Source: Ferroacidibacillus organovorans
GTDB lineage: Bacteria; Bacillota; Bacilli; Alicyclobacillales; SLC66
Assembly: GCF_001642725.1 (NCBI RefSeq)
Contig: NZ_LSUQ01000016.1
Coordinates: 1 to 52,641, forward strand
Reading direction: 5' to 3'
DNA length: 52,641 nucleotides
A model generated the notes under the pieces. The model was not told the DNA's origin, ran no database searches, and saw nothing but the letters and a program-made list of their open reading frames with translations. This document shows, piece after piece, positions 20,155 through 30,737 of the stretch (the stretch's first letter is position 1; the number at the start of each line of letters is the position of its first letter). A program made the translations under genes and the position numbers.

Positions 20155-20216
20155 ACGTAAAATCCTCCCGGTGCGTGGTTCTCATTTCATCAAACGCTCG
20201 CGAGCAGTTCGATGTC

Positions 20217-20414
20217 TTATAGGTACGTGATCATCTGTTTGATGCGTTTGACATCAGACGGCGACATCGTCGTCGAATGGCGCAGTTGACGCTTACGCTT
20301 TGCAGACTTGCTTGTAAAAAGATGGCTTGTAAACGCGTGATTGCGCTTGATCTTCCCGGAGCCTGTCTTTTTAAAACGCTTCGCAGCTCCGCGATGAGTT
20401 TTCATTTTCGGCAT
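20217..20414 (-). CDS. rpmI: 50S ribosomal protein L35
   Basis: [21 protein letters not shown]. Confidence 0.98.
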   Translation of the reverse strand: MPKMKTHRGAAKRFKKTGSGKIKRNHAFTSHLFTSKSAKRKRQLRHSTTMSPSDVKRIKQMITYL

Positions 20415-20440
20415 GGTGTACCTCCACAGCGCACGTGCGC

Positions 20441-20971
20441 TTACGATGTTTTTTCTGCGTTGTGACGGGGATTCAAAATGATAATCATGTTGCGACCCTC
20501 AAGGCGCGGCGCGCGCTCAAGCGTTCCGAACGGTTCCAACTCTTTGACCATCTTTTCAAGGACAGCCTGCCCGATCCCCGGGTGCGTAATCTCACGACCG
20601 CGAAAACGAACCGCCGCCTTCACTTTGTCTCCCTCTTGGAGAAACTTTGTGGCTGCTTTGACCTTTGTTTCGAAATCGTGATCCTCAATATTTGGCGTCA
20701 TGCGAATTTCCTTGATCATGACAACCTTTTGATTCTTACGCGCCTCTTTCTCTTTCTTGCTCTGCTCGTACTTGAATTTGCCATAGTCCATAATCCTACA
20801 GACCGGCGGTTTCGCCGTAGGAGCGACATTGACGAGATCGAGGTTTTTCTCCATCGCGATCCGAAGCGCCTCGCGAATGTTTACAATCCCGAGTTGGGCG
20901 TTTGCTTCGTCGATCAAGCGAACTTCGCGCGCGCGAATGCCTTCGTTGATCTGTACGTCCTCTTTGCTAAT
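20441..20971 (-). CDS. infC: Translation initiation factor IF-3 (ATT start codon)
   Basis: GGAGGTG RBS then ATT AGC AAA GAG GAC GTA CAG ATC AAC GAA GGC ATT CGC, in frame with [16 protein letters not shown] and RFRGRE. Confidence 0.95.
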   Translation of the reverse strand: MSKEDVQINEGIRAREVRLIDEANAQLGIVNIREALRIAMEKNLDLVNVAPTAKPPVCRIMDYGKFKYEQSKKEKEARKNQKVVMIKEIRMTPNIEDHDFETKVKAATKFLQEGDKVKAAVRFRGREITHPGIGQAVLEKMVKELEPFGTLERAPRLEGRNMIIILNPRHNAEKTS

Positions 20972-21014
20972 CGTTCAACACCTCCGCAGTCTTTTCTTCC
21001 TTTTGCCTTGCCAT

Positions 21015-21150
21015 CACAAAAGAGTGCGCGGATTCGCATCCGCGCACTCACGTCTCGCTATCGTCCATCCATCATCATACACTAGGACAGGCAGCGACCC
21101 ATAGACACTCATGCGAGATCACGGGGTGAGAAGACAGGCTTCTGCTTAAA
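21015..21150 (-). ncRNA. Ribosomal protein L20 leader
   Basis: AGAAGCCTGTCTTCTCACC 5' motif and attenuator GAGTGCGCGGATGCGAATCCGCGCACTC-TTTT directly upstream of infC. Confidence 0.7.
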
Positions 21151-21199
21151 CTGCATTTGCACAAAGATCATACCAGATTTGCGCGACGATCACAACTGC

Positions 21200-23134
21200 T
21201 CAACTGCGACGCGCAATTTCCGTCACGACACGCTCCGCGAACTCGTCCGCCGCGACCGCGCCTTGGTCGCCGTCTACTCGATGCCGCACAGACACCGCGT
21301 TCGCATCCTGCTCTTTTTGTCCCACAACGAGCATGTACGGGATCTTGTCGAGCTGCGCCGCCCGGATCTTGTAACCGATCTTCTCCTGGCGACGATCCAC
21401 CTCCACCCGCACACCGCGCGCGCGAAGCATCTCTTCCACCTCTGCCGCATACGCCTCCTGCCCCGTCGTCACAGGCAGGATACGCACTTGCAGCGGCGCC
21501 AGCCAGAGTGGGAACGCCCCTTTGTAATTCTCAATCAGATAGGCGACCATGCGCTCCATCGTGCTCACGATCCCTCGATGAATGACGACAGGGCGGTGCG
21601 CGCGACCGTCTTCACCGATGTACTCAAGCTCAAAACGCTCCGGCAGATGGAAATCAAGCTGCGCCGTAGAGAGCGTCTCTTCTTTTCCAAGCGCCGTCTT
21701 CACCTGCACGTCGAGCTTTGGCCCATAAAACGCCGCTTCACCGATCGCCTCTTCAAATGGCAAGCCCATCTCCGTGAGCACCTCGCGCAGCATGCCTTCT
21801 GCGCGCTCCCACATCGCGTCTGACGCGACGTACTTCTCCGTGTTCGCAGGATCGCGCAGCGAGAGGCGATACGAAAAATCGGTGATCGCAAAATCTTTGT
21901 ACACCTGTTGAATGAGGCGCACCACACGCTGAAACTCACCTTTGACCTGATCGAGCGTGCAGAAGATGTGCGCGTCATTCAGCGTCATCGCGCGCACCCG
22001 CTGAAGCCCTGCGAGTGTCCCCGACATCTCATAGCGATGCATCGTGCCAAGCTCCCCGATGCGTAGCGGAAGATCGCGATACGAATGCATATCTGACTTG
22101 TAAACCATCATGTGGTGCGGACAGTTCATCGGCCGCAGCACCAATTCCTCATTGTCCATCGCCATCGGCGGGAACATGTCCTCGTGATAGTGATCCCAGT
22201 GCCCGCTGATTTTGTAGAGTTCGACACTGCCGAGCACCGGCGTGTAGACGTGACTGTAGCCGAGCCGCTCCTCCAGATCTACGATATACCGCTCAATGGT
22301 GCGCCTGACCGTCGCGCCGTTTGGCAGCCAGAGTGGGAGCCCTTGCCCAACTTCCTTGGCGAGCGTGAACAGCTTGAGCTCTTTGCCGATCTTGCGGTGA
22401 TCACGCTCTTTCATTTCCTCAAGCAGGGCGAGATGCGCCTCAAGCTCCGACGCCTTGCGAAAGCTTGTCGCATAAATCCGCGTCAATTGCTCACGCTTTG
22501 CATCCCCCCGCCAGTATGCGCCCGCGATGCTCAAGAGTTTGAACGACTTGATCTTCCCGGTTGACGGGAGGTGCGGTCCGCGGCACAGATCCGTAAATTC
22601 CCCTTGCGTAAACATAGTGATCGTCTCAGACTCTGGCAGATCCTCGATCAGCTCAACCTTGAAGCGGTCGTTTCGCTCGGCAAAATAGGCAAGCGCCTCC
22701 CCCCGCGACATGACCGTGCGTACAATCGGATAATCCGCTTTGATGATCTCTTGCATCACGCGCTCAATCTCAGGAAACTGTTCCGTCGTAAACGCGTGAT
22801 CCGCAAAATCATAGTAGAATCCGTCTTCAATTACTGGTCCGATGGCAAACTTCGTCTCCGGATAAAGCCGCGCCACCGCCTGCGCCATGACGTGCGCCGT
22901 GGTGTGCCGGTACACCTCAAGCCCTTCTTTGTCATCAAACATGACCAATTGCAAACTGGCATCCCGATCGATCGGCGCGCGCAGATCGACAAACTTCCCG
23001 TCAATCTTTCCTGCCACCGTCTGTCGCGCGACGCCTGCACTGATGTCTCTGGCGATATCCTGCACGGTGACTCCGGCTTCATAGGTGCGTACAGACCCGT
23101 CTTTTAGCGTAATCGCTACATTTGACTGCGCCAT
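21200..23134 (-). CDS. thrS: Threonine--tRNA ligase
   Basis: TGS domain, [36 protein letters not shown] at 23134 after GGAGG. Confidence 0.97.
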   Translation of the reverse strand: MAQSNVAITLKDGSVRTYEAGVTVQDIARDISAGVARQTVAGKIDGKFVDLRAPIDRDASLQLVMFDDKEGLEVYRHTTAHVMAQAVARLYPETKFAIGPVIEDGFYYDFADHAFTTEQFPEIERVMQEIIKADYPIVRTVMSRGEALAYFAERNDRFKVELIEDLPESETITMFTQGEFTDLCRGPHLPSTGKIKSFKLLSIAGAYWRGDAKREQLTRIYATSFRKASELEAHLALLEEMKERDHRKIGKELKLFTLAKEVGQGLPLWLPNGATVRRTIERYIVDLEERLGYSHVYTPVLGSVELYKISGHWDHYHEDMFPPMAMDNEELVLRPMNCPHHMMVYKSDMHSYRDLPLRIGELGTMHRYEMSGTLAGLQRVRAMTLNDAHIFCTLDQVKGEFQRVVRLIQQVYKDFAITDFSYRLSLRDPANTEKYVASDAMWERAEGMLREVLTEMGLPFEEAIGEAAFYGPKLDVQVKTALGKEETLSTAQLDFHLPERFELEYIGEDGRAHRPVVIHRGIVSTMERMVAYLIENYKGAFPLWLAPLQVRILPVTTGQEAYAAEVEEMLRARGVRVEVDRRQEKIGYKIRAAQLDKIPYMLVVGQKEQDANAVSVRHRVDGDQGAVAADEFAERVVTEIARRS

Positions 23135-23167
23135 CACTATTCCTCCTTCTCTATGCCTATCTGAATG

Positions 23168-23425
23168 CAAAAAAGCGCCCCGCCCTTGGATCATCCAAGG
23201 GACGAGAGCGCTGCCGCTTCCGTGGTTCCACCCAACTTCACACGCATATCTGCGTGCCTTCAGCCGCGTAACGTGCGGTTCCGTCCACTCTTATCGCGTA
23301 TGCGTTCAGAAGGAAGCGTACAGTGTGGTAAATCGATTCGCCAGACCCTAGACAGGCTTTCAGCGTTCGCCCGTCCTCTCTGCAAGGTGCCGAATCGTTC
23401 TTGTCACCGATCATCGCCGTATGCA
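23168..23425 (-). ncRNA. T-box riboswitch (Thr) upstream of thrS
   Basis: AAGTTGGGTGGAACCACGG T-box, ACC specifier, GCTGAAAG stem I motif, terminator hairpin with T run. Confidence 0.9.
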
Positions 23426-23458
23426 TTTGCATCACTTTACACCATCGATACTGCCGTG

Positions 23459-24352
23459 TCAACTCTTTTCCAGCGGATAAAATTCACTTAGAAACGGATC
23501 CACCTCTGCACTGGTGCGTTTCTTGACGCGATCGCCAAACACTTTTTCTACCGTCATGAAAAAGGGAATTTCAGGTGCATCCGCGTGCAGTACGATCCGC
23601 TCTGGTCCGCGCGTGATCAGTGCGCTCATCAGCACATCATGCGGATGGAGATCCCGGCTGCTGTGCTTCAACGCAATTTCATTCATCAGCGTCAAATCAA
23701 GCTCTTGACGGTTTTCCTCATAGGCGCGAATCACGTTTTGCGCGCACACGAGATGAATTTCACCCGGCGTCTGTTTTGCAGAATCTGCAAAAAAACGCAG
23801 TACACTGACAAATTCCTCATATTCTTTATTCGCGAGAAACGAATCGACGGTATCCTTTACCACATCGTGAATCAAACTCATCCGCTCAGCAAAACGAAAC
23901 GTCATGACGCCGCCCAGGTGAACTTCTCCCTGCCGGAGCAACAGTTCGCGTATTTGCAAATAGAGAAGCGGCTTTCTGCTCTCCATGCCTTCTTGCGAAT
24001 CTTTGGCAAGTTCAGCGGGATAGTTCATTGCCATCTCGCGAAACGCTCGCACCTGAAGGAGATTTTGTTCGTCGTCATCGAGATAGCTGTGATGTTCCCA
24101 CAGTGTCCTCCCGATAAAACGGTAGAGCCAAACCCCTCTCAGATAGCGAAACAAAAGCAGTGCAATCCTACTGCATACCGCCTCATTCGATTCAATCCCT
24201 TCCACGTGCAGATCGACATAATTCGGGCACTCAAGATCGTCGACAGAGAGCGAGAACACGATTCCTTTTCTTGCGAGATCCGACGACCTCTTTTGAAGCC
24301 ACAGGAGAAAATCGCGCTTGTCATCCGATGTCGTAATGCGCATGTAGTGCAC
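23459..24352 (-). CDS. ytxC: Sporulation protein YtxC family
   Basis: 'GVMTFR', 'KEYEEFVSVLRFF', 'DVLMSALITRGPERIVLH...VFGDRV'; GTG at 24352 after GGAGG; ytxC-thrS synteny. Confidence 0.82.
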   Translation of the reverse strand: MHYMRITTSDDKRDFLLWLQKRSSDLARKGIVFSLSVDDLECPNYVDLHVEGIESNEAVCSRIALLLFRYLRGVWLYRFIGRTLWEHHSYLDDDEQNLLQVRAFREMAMNYPAELAKDSQEGMESRKPLLYLQIRELLLRQGEVHLGGVMTFRFAERMSLIHDVVKDTVDSFLANKEYEEFVSVLRFFADSAKQTPGEIHLVCAQNVIRAYEENRQELDLTLMNEIALKHSSRDLHPHDVLMSALITRGPERIVLHADAPEIPFFMTVEKVFGDRVKKRTSAEVDPFLSEFYPLEKS

Positions 24353-24505
24353 GATCAAACCTCCAAACTCCCCGATCGCCCTTTGTTCCTCGCGACGGCA
24401 TCGCCGATTCCCGACTGCAAGGTTCACATGGAAGGTTTGAGAGAGGTCCAATTGGCGGGGGTCGTCATCCATATCACCTACAGTATGGCTAGATGATATG
24501 GTCCG

Positions 24506-25381
24506 CTATACCTTTTTTACACGTCGAATGGCCTGCACCATGCTTATGCTCGCGATGAAAAAAACAGGAATGACGGCCAGGAAAAATCCGATGCCAATTT
24601 GGTGGAGATTATGAACGTGAATTCCTGTTGTAAAACCCCACGATTCCGTCGGGATGATCAGCGAAAAACCGCCGACAAGAAGAAAAACAAGCCCGCCGTA
24701 AAACAGAACCTGGCCGGATACGTGGCGCGCGATGAAGCGCAGGGCGTCACTCGAAACGTTCATTCGACTGATGATAAAGCCAATGAGACCACCGAACGCG
24801 ATTTGCATAATCATCGTGCCAATGCCAAAAAAGAATCCGGGAAGAAATCCGACGTAAGCAGACGGCATTTGCGGCGCAAGCACTGTGTAAACGATGACCG
24901 CAAACGCGCCCGTCCCAAAGCCTGCGATAAATCCATGCATAAGCGCGAGACGAACGGATGAACGCGCGCTAAGACCTGTGTCTGTCGCGGGCGAGAGCCG
25001 AAGCGCGCGCGTGAGCACAGACTCGAACCACCCCAGCCAGTGAATGTGGCGGCCAAGGCGCAGGATATACACGCCAGACAGCGCCATCACGAATCCGACG
25101 ATGACATAGATCAACGCGTTTGCGTGAAAGAGCAGTGTCACTTGTTTGAGCGCAACGAACGCCACTTCAGACATGAGCGCACGCTGTACGGTAAATGCGA
25201 GGGAAAAAGCGAAACCTGCCCGCATCCCACCCCGCGTGCTGTAGCTTCCAACCGAATAGCTAAAGGTAATCGGCCACGTGTGTTCATCAGGCGTGATCCC
25301 GTGAACCATGCCAAGAAGCAGCGCCGTCAATAGAATCGTGAAGAGTGACATTGAACCTGAGGGATTCCACAGATTGATCAT
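24506..25381 (-). CDS. Multi-TM metal transporter-like protein (NiCoT/UreH/DsbD_2-like)
   Basis: 'LLGMVHGITPDEH' resembles the NiCoT/UreH HxxxxDH motif, second 'MHGFIAG' motif, about 7-8 TMs. Confidence 0.6.
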   Translation of the reverse strand: MINLWNPSGSMSLFTILLTALLLGMVHGITPDEHTWPITFSYSVGSYSTRGGMRAGFAFSLAFTVQRALMSEVAFVALKQVTLLFHANALIYVIVGFVMALSGVYILRLGRHIHWLGWFESVLTRALRLSPATDTGLSARSSVRLALMHGFIAGFGTGAFAVIVYTVLAPQMPSAYVGFLPGFFFGIGTMIMQIAFGGLIGFIISRMNVSSDALRFIARHVSGQVLFYGGLVFLLVGGFSLIIPTESWGFTTGIHVHNLHQIGIGFFLAVIPVFFIASISMVQAIRRVKKV

Positions 25382-25416
25382 GGGGCCTCCTGAAATCTTT
25401 CATTCAAATGCTAGAT

Positions 25417-25496
25417 AAAACGAAATGATTACGATTAAGAACTGGTTCCACTTTACCACAGCCACGCCCAGTTGTAAATCGTAATCATTACGGTTT
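25417..25496. promoter_or_regulatory. Two Zur boxes flanking a SigA promoter
   Basis: AAAACGAAATGATTACGATTA (25417-25437) and AAATCGTAATCATTACGGTTT (25476-25496) versus Bacillus Zur consensus AAATCGTAATNATTACGATTT; TTTACA-17-TAAAGT on the minus strand. Confidence 0.8.
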
Positions 25497-25573
25497 GATT
25501 CGAGATATAAAAGAGCCCCTGCTGTAGCAGGAGCCCCATTCGGAAGCAATCACGCGCGCGTGCCAGACGAAGG

Positions 25574-26392
25574 TCACTGCGCGATGTTACGCAAAAAGAA
25601 ATCGAGTGTTGTCGCAAAGGCGTGGCGCGCTGCGTCACTGTGATAGCTCGCGCGCGTATCATTAAAAAAGGCGTGCTGCGCACCTTCGTATACATGGGAT
25701 TCAAACGGTCTTGAAACGTCTCTCATCGCGGCAGTAAACGCTTTAACACCGTCTGTAATGCGCGGGTCGAGGCTTCCATAAAAGCCGATGATCGGGCAGC
25801 TTCCTTGCGCGACATTGTCGGCCGTCGGAGACGTACCGTAAAAGACGGCGGCACCCTGTAACGCGCTGTCGCGGCAAGCCAAGAGCGCTGAAAGCGCACC
25901 CCCCATGCAGAAGCCAACAGAACCGACCGAACCGTTGCTCACCGCGCAAGCGTCACTGCGCAGGTACGATGTTGTCTCAAGCATCTGATCCATATAGAGC
26001 TCCAAATTGAGTCCAGAGAAGAGTTTGGAAAACGTCTCCTGCACGGTTTCCCGACCTGGAGAAGGCAAGCGATCAAGCGCCTTCTGACGCTCTTCTGCGC
26101 TGTGCCACGCAGTCGACGGGAGCGTGTCTAAAAAGGATTTAACCGCGTCAATTCGCTCGCGCGTCAAGACCTCCGGCCGCTCTCCTTCCACTGCGTACAG
26201 ATCCGGCGCAAACGTCGCGTAGCCCGCCTCAGCAAAACGCGCCGCGACATCCTCAATGTGCGCGTCAACGCCCCAAATCTCCTGAATGATCACAAGCGTC
26301 GGCAGCGGGGTCTGCGCGCGTCGCGGGTATTGAAGCAATCCTGTGTACTTCCCATTCTCCCCGTATACGATCCATTCACTCGTCAATTGCAC
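25574..26392 (-). CDS. Dienelactone hydrolase family protein
   Basis: IQEIWG, GFCMGG, GAQHAFFN. Confidence 0.9.
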   Translation of the reverse strand: MQLTSEWIVYGENGKYTGLLQYPRRAQTPLPTLVIIQEIWGVDAHIEDVAARFAEAGYATFAPDLYAVEGERPEVLTRERIDAVKSFLDTLPSTAWHSAEERQKALDRLPSPGRETVQETFSKLFSGLNLELYMDQMLETTSYLRSDACAVSNGSVGSVGFCMGGALSALLACRDSALQGAAVFYGTSPTADNVAQGSCPIIGFYGSLDPRITDGVKAFTAAMRDVSRPFESHVYEGAQHAFFNDTRASYHSDAARHAFATTLDFFLRNIAQ

Positions 26393-26409
26393 CTTGGCGC
26401 CCTCCTGGG

Positions 26410-27846
26410 TTAGGACTGTGAAGCGTAGCTCCCATCGAGTCGCTCCCTGCGCGCGACCCCACTCGCGATGGCTGCCTCAACCACCGCACGACTGACAGCT
26501 TTTGCCACACGCTTGTTAAAGACGCTCGGAATGATGTAATTCTCATTCAGTTCATCCTCTGTCACAATCGCCGCAATCGCGCGCGCTGCCGCCAGTTTCA
26601 TCGGTTCGTTGATCTCCGCTGCCCGGCAGTCGAGCGCACCTCGAAAAATCCCTGGGAAGCACAACACGTTGTTGATCTGATTCGGATAATCCGAGCGACC
26701 TGTCGCCATGACGCGCACAAACGGCTCAGCGACTTCCGGCTCAATTTCCGGCATCGGGTTCGCCATCGCAAACACGATGGGGTCGCGGTTCATCATCTTC
26801 AAGTGATCGACCGTCAAGACACCTGGCCCCGAAAGGCCAATAAATACGTCTGCGTCGCGAATCGCGTCAGCTAGACTGCCCGTCACACCTGCCGCGTTGG
26901 TATTTTTTGCATACCAATCCCAAGCGACATTGTCATACTCATTCTTGTTCGAGATGATCCCATTTCGATCGACGCCAACAATGTTCGTCACACCGGCGGC
27001 AATCAGCATTTTCGTGCAGGCGACACCCGCTGCGCCAATGCCTGTCACGACGACGCGCACTGCTTCGATCGGTTTCTGAACGATTTTGATCGCGTTTAAG
27101 AACCCGGCCAAAAGGACGACGGCCGTGCCGTGCTGGTCATCGTGGAATACAGGAATATCAAGTTCATCGCGCAAGCGATCCTCAATCTCAAAACAGCGCG
27201 GCGAACCGATATCTTCAAGGTTGATTCCGCCAAAAACGGGGGCGATGGCGCGCACGATGCGAATGATCTCTTCCGTATCTTTGGTGTCAAGACAAATGGG
27301 AAACGCATCCACGTCAGCAAACTGTTTAAAGAGCATCGCCTTACCTTCCATGACAGGAACAGACGCCGCGGCGCCGATGTCGCCGAGTCCGAGAACGGCC
27401 GTGCCGTCGGTCACGATGGCCACGGTGTTGCGTTTGATCGTTAGCGTGTACGCCTTTTGCGGGTCAGCGTGAATCGCCTGACACACGCGCGCGACATCCG
27501 GTGTGTAGACCCGCGAGAGGTCGTCACGGTTTTTGACGGGCGACTTCGCCTGAATCTCAATCTTACCACCGAGGTGCAGGAGAAAGGTACGATCCGATAC
27601 GTTGACCACTTTTACTCCGGGAAGTGCGTGAAGTTCTTTTACAATTTGTTCACCGTGCGCGCGATCAAACGCCTGCACCGTCATGTCGCGAACCGCAGTC
27701 GTTTTCGTCGCTGAAATCAGGTCAACCGCGACAATATCTCCGCCATTTTCACCAATCGTTTTGGCCAATTGACCAAATGTAGCGATTGAATTCTCAAGTT
27801 CCAGGCGCAAAATCAGGCTCGTTCCCGCAGTGTGCTGAACACTCAT
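26410..27846 (-). CDS. NAD(P)-dependent malic enzyme with N-terminal ACT domain
   Basis: YTPDVA, TDGTAVLGLGDIG, INLEDI, FHDDQHGTA, TGRSDYPNQINN; start MSVQH at 27846. Confidence 0.92.
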   Translation of the reverse strand: MSVQHTAGTSLILRLELENSIATFGQLAKTIGENGGDIVAVDLISATKTTAVRDMTVQAFDRAHGEQIVKELHALPGVKVVNVSDRTFLLHLGGKIEIQAKSPVKNRDDLSRVYTPDVARVCQAIHADPQKAYTLTIKRNTVAIVTDGTAVLGLGDIGAAASVPVMEGKAMLFKQFADVDAFPICLDTKDTEEIIRIVRAIAPVFGGINLEDIGSPRCFEIEDRLRDELDIPVFHDDQHGTAVVLLAGFLNAIKIVQKPIEAVRVVVTGIGAAGVACTKMLIAAGVTNIVGVDRNGIISNKNEYDNVAWDWYAKNTNAAGVTGSLADAIRDADVFIGLSGPGVLTVDHLKMMNRDPIVFAMANPMPEIEPEVAEPFVRVMATGRSDYPNQINNVLCFPGIFRGALDCRAAEINEPMKLAAARAIAAIVTEDELNENYIIPSVFNKRVAKAVSRAVVEAAIASGVARRERLDGSYASQS

Positions 27847-27968
27847 GCATATCTCCCTTTCCCGCCGAACAACCTGCATGTGAATCTCCTACTAAGAGTG
27901 CATGCGTAGCGCCATTCCCACCGCGAGGTTACAGTCTATCAACCGTGTTATAAGACATTAGCAAAAAA

Positions 27969-29378
27969 TTAGCGCACAACCACGTGAATCGGCGATCCGA
28001 CCGCAACTTCTGCCGACTCCATCACCATCTCGCCAAGCGTCGGGTGCGCGTGAATCGTGAGCGCAACATCTTCGAGCGTCGCGCCGAGTTCAATGGCGAG
28101 CGCCAGCTCCGCAATCAGGTTAGAAGCCTCCGTTCCAATCACTTGCGCACCAAGTAACAATCCACTCTGTTTATCGGCAATCAGTTTGACGAACCCTTCG
28201 TCAGCATTCAGCGCGACGGCGCGGCCGTTTGCCGCATACGGAAAACGGCCGACGGAGACATCCCTGTTTTCTGCTTTCGCATCCGTCTCACTGAGTCCGA
28301 CCGTCGCAATCTCCGGATCAGAGAATACGACAGCAGGGATGCAGCGATAGTCGACGGCACTCTCGTGACCTGCAATCACTTCTGCCGCAACCTTTCCTTC
28401 ATACGAAGCTTTGTGCGCGAGCGCGGCACCCGGAACGATGTCCCCGATCGCATAAATGTTCGGTATGTTTGTACGGCATTTTTCGTCTACATCGATTAAC
28501 CCTTTATCCGTCAACTTGACTCCGATCGTGTCGAGACCGAGCTCTTCCGTATTCGGGCGACGCCCAACGGTAACAAGTACAAACGAGGCGCGAACGGTGT
28601 GCGTCTCTTCACCAAGCGCATACGTGAGCGTCACGCCCGTTTCATCTTCCTCAACACTTTTCGCCATCGCCTTTGTCACGACGTTTACGTTATACTTCTT
28701 CAAGTTTCGCTGAACAAGGCGTGACAATTGTGGTTCAAACAGTGGCAAAATCGAATCCGTGCCTTCCAGGATCGTCACGTTCGCACCAAATTTCGCGAAT
28801 GTTTGTCCGAGTTCAATGCCGATGTACCCACCGCCAATCACGATCAAGCTCTCCGGAACTTGGTCGAGCGAGAGTGCCTCATCCGATGAGATGACCCGTT
28901 TTGAAAAGGGAATTGAGCGCAGTTCGATCGGCCGCGACCCCGTCGCGATAATGCAGTGATTAAAGCGATAACTGTGTCCTTCTGTCTCCGTCATGACACG
29001 CGCTTCATCAGGTTTTGAAAAAAAGACTTCACCCTGAATCACATTGACCTTATTACCTTTGAGCAGCGTTTTTACGCCGCCCGTCATTTTATCAACCACA
29101 CTCTGCTTCCACGCCTGAACCTTTGTATAATCAAGCTTCGCCGTGGTTTCAATTCCCGGATAGGGTGATGCGCTTGCCGCCTCGTAGTGGTGCGCCGCAG
29201 AAATGAGTGCCTTTGAGGGGATACATCCGCGATTGAGGCATACACCGCCAAGATCCGCCTTGTCGACTACAGTGACCGTCTTTCCCAACTGAGCGGCGCG
29301 AATGGCGGCCACATAGCCGCCAGGTCCCGCACCGATAACCAATACGTCGACTTCCTCTGTCAATTCTCCGACAACCAT
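27969..29378 (-). CDS. pdhD: Dihydrolipoyl dehydrogenase (E3)
   Basis: GAGPGGY, GGVCLNRGCIPSK, HAHPTLGE. Confidence 0.96.
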   Translation of the reverse strand: MVVGELTEEVDVLVIGAGPGGYVAAIRAAQLGKTVTVVDKADLGGVCLNRGCIPSKALISAAHHYEAASASPYPGIETTAKLDYTKVQAWKQSVVDKMTGGVKTLLKGNKVNVIQGEVFFSKPDEARVMTETEGHSYRFNHCIIATGSRPIELRSIPFSKRVISSDEALSLDQVPESLIVIGGGYIGIELGQTFAKFGANVTILEGTDSILPLFEPQLSRLVQRNLKKYNVNVVTKAMAKSVEEDETGVTLTYALGEETHTVRASFVLVTVGRRPNTEELGLDTIGVKLTDKGLIDVDEKCRTNIPNIYAIGDIVPGAALAHKASYEGKVAAEVIAGHESAVDYRCIPAVVFSDPEIATVGLSETDAKAENRDVSVGRFPYAANGRAVALNADEGFVKLIADKQSGLLLGAQVIGTEASNLIAELALAIELGATLEDVALTIHAHPTLGEMVMESAEVAVGSPIHVVVR

Positions 29379-29381
29379 TCC

Positions 29382-30722
29382 TTACACCTCCATCAAAAGC
29401 AAACGGGGATTTTCCAGCAATCGTTTTATCTCATTCATGGTCTGTTGCCCCAAAACGCCGTCAATAATGCGGTGGTCAAAACTGAGTGAGAGCGCCATGA
29501 CATGCGCCGGAACAATCTGTCCCTGTTTGATGACTGGCTTCTCCGTGATTCTGCCAACGCCAAGAATCGCCACTTCCGGGTAGTTAATGATCGGTGTGAA
29601 GAATAGCCCACCCGCCGATCCGATGTTTGTAATCGAGATGGTGCTTCCTTTCATCTCGTTTGGACCGAGCTTTCCTGCGCGACCGCGCGCGGCTAGTTCG
29701 GAGATCTCTTGCGCAATGATCCACATGTTCTTTTGATCTGCGTGGCGGACGACTGGAACCAGTAACCCGCGCTCCGTATCGGTTGCGATGCCGATGTGGT
29801 ATTCCTTTTTCAGGACGAGTTCCTGCCGGTCTTCATCGAGCGTTGCATTGAGCGCGGGATAGCGTCTTATCGCCGCAACCAGCGCTTTCACGATGAACGG
29901 CAAATACGTGATCTTTGTGCCGCGTTCCTGCGCCAAAGGTTTTAATTCCTCGCGCAGTTGAACGAGTTCAGTCACATCCACTTCGTCGAGCACCGTCACG
30001 TGAGGTGCCGTATGCTTTGAGCGCACCATCGCCTGGGCGATCAACTTTCGAATCGTCGTCAGCGGTACGCGTTCTTCCAGCGCCGCACCTTGTCGCGAAG
30101 TCACAGAATCAGACGCAACAGACGCGATTTGCGCCGCTTCTGTCGCGTGCGAAGGATCGATCAGCGCTGCTTCAGCGGATTCGCCTTTTTCGTGGTCACC
30201 CCCCGCAAGAAACCGCTCCACGTCCGCGCGAAGGATCTTTCCGTTTGCTCCCGTTGGAATGACGTTTCCTAAAAAGACGCCAGACTCACGCGCAAACTTG
30301 CGCACAGACGGCGCGGCAAGAATCTCTTGCGATGAAGAACTTTGCTGCGCGGTCACGCCAGTCGCTTGAATAGCCGCAGCGTGTACTGTGGCGTCGGCTG
30401 CAGGCGCCACTTGCGTCGAGGCTTGCACAGGTTCAGCTACGGCTTGTTCCGTCTCGCGAACAGACGATTCTGCAGCGGCTCCCTCGACTTCAAACGTCAG
30501 GATCAAATCACCAACCACAACCGTTGTGCCCGCTTCTACGTTTATCGCAACAACTTTCCCATCAATCGGACTGGGCAATTCAACCATCGACTTGTCATTC
30601 TCAACTTCCGCGATCGGATCATCTTCTTTGACTACGTCTCCTGGTTTTACAATCCATTTTTCAATACGACCTTCGTGCAGTCCCTCACCCAATTCGGGAA
30701 ACCGCAATTCATAGATTGCCAC
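29382..30722 (-). CDS. pdhC: Dihydrolipoamide acetyltransferase (E2)
   Basis: Lipoyl domain ENDKS, E3-binding APSVRKFARE, SFDHRIIDG. Confidence 0.95.
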   Translation of the reverse strand: MAIYELRFPELGEGLHEGRIEKWIVKPGDVVKEDDPIAEVENDKSMVELPSPIDGKVVAINVEAGTTVVVGDLILTFEVEGAAAESSVRETEQAVAEPVQASTQVAPAADATVHAAAIQATGVTAQQSSSSQEILAAPSVRKFARESGVFLGNVIPTGANGKILRADVERFLAGGDHEKGESAEAALIDPSHATEAAQIASVASDSVTSRQGAALEERVPLTTIRKLIAQAMVRSKHTAPHVTVLDEVDVTELVQLREELKPLAQERGTKITYLPFIVKALVAAIRRYPALNATLDEDRQELVLKKEYHIGIATDTERGLLVPVVRHADQKNMWIIAQEISELAARGRAGKLGPNEMKGSTISITNIGSAGGLFFTPIINYPEVAILGVGRITEKPVIKQGQIVPAHVMALSLSFDHRIIDGVLGQQTMNEIKRLLENPRLLLMEV

Positions 30723-30737
30723 TTCGCTTCCCCCTTC

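Noticed and set aside
26410..27846. ACT domain fused to malic enzyme as a novel architecture
   Set aside because: This architecture is already common among Bacillales and actinobacterial malic enzymes
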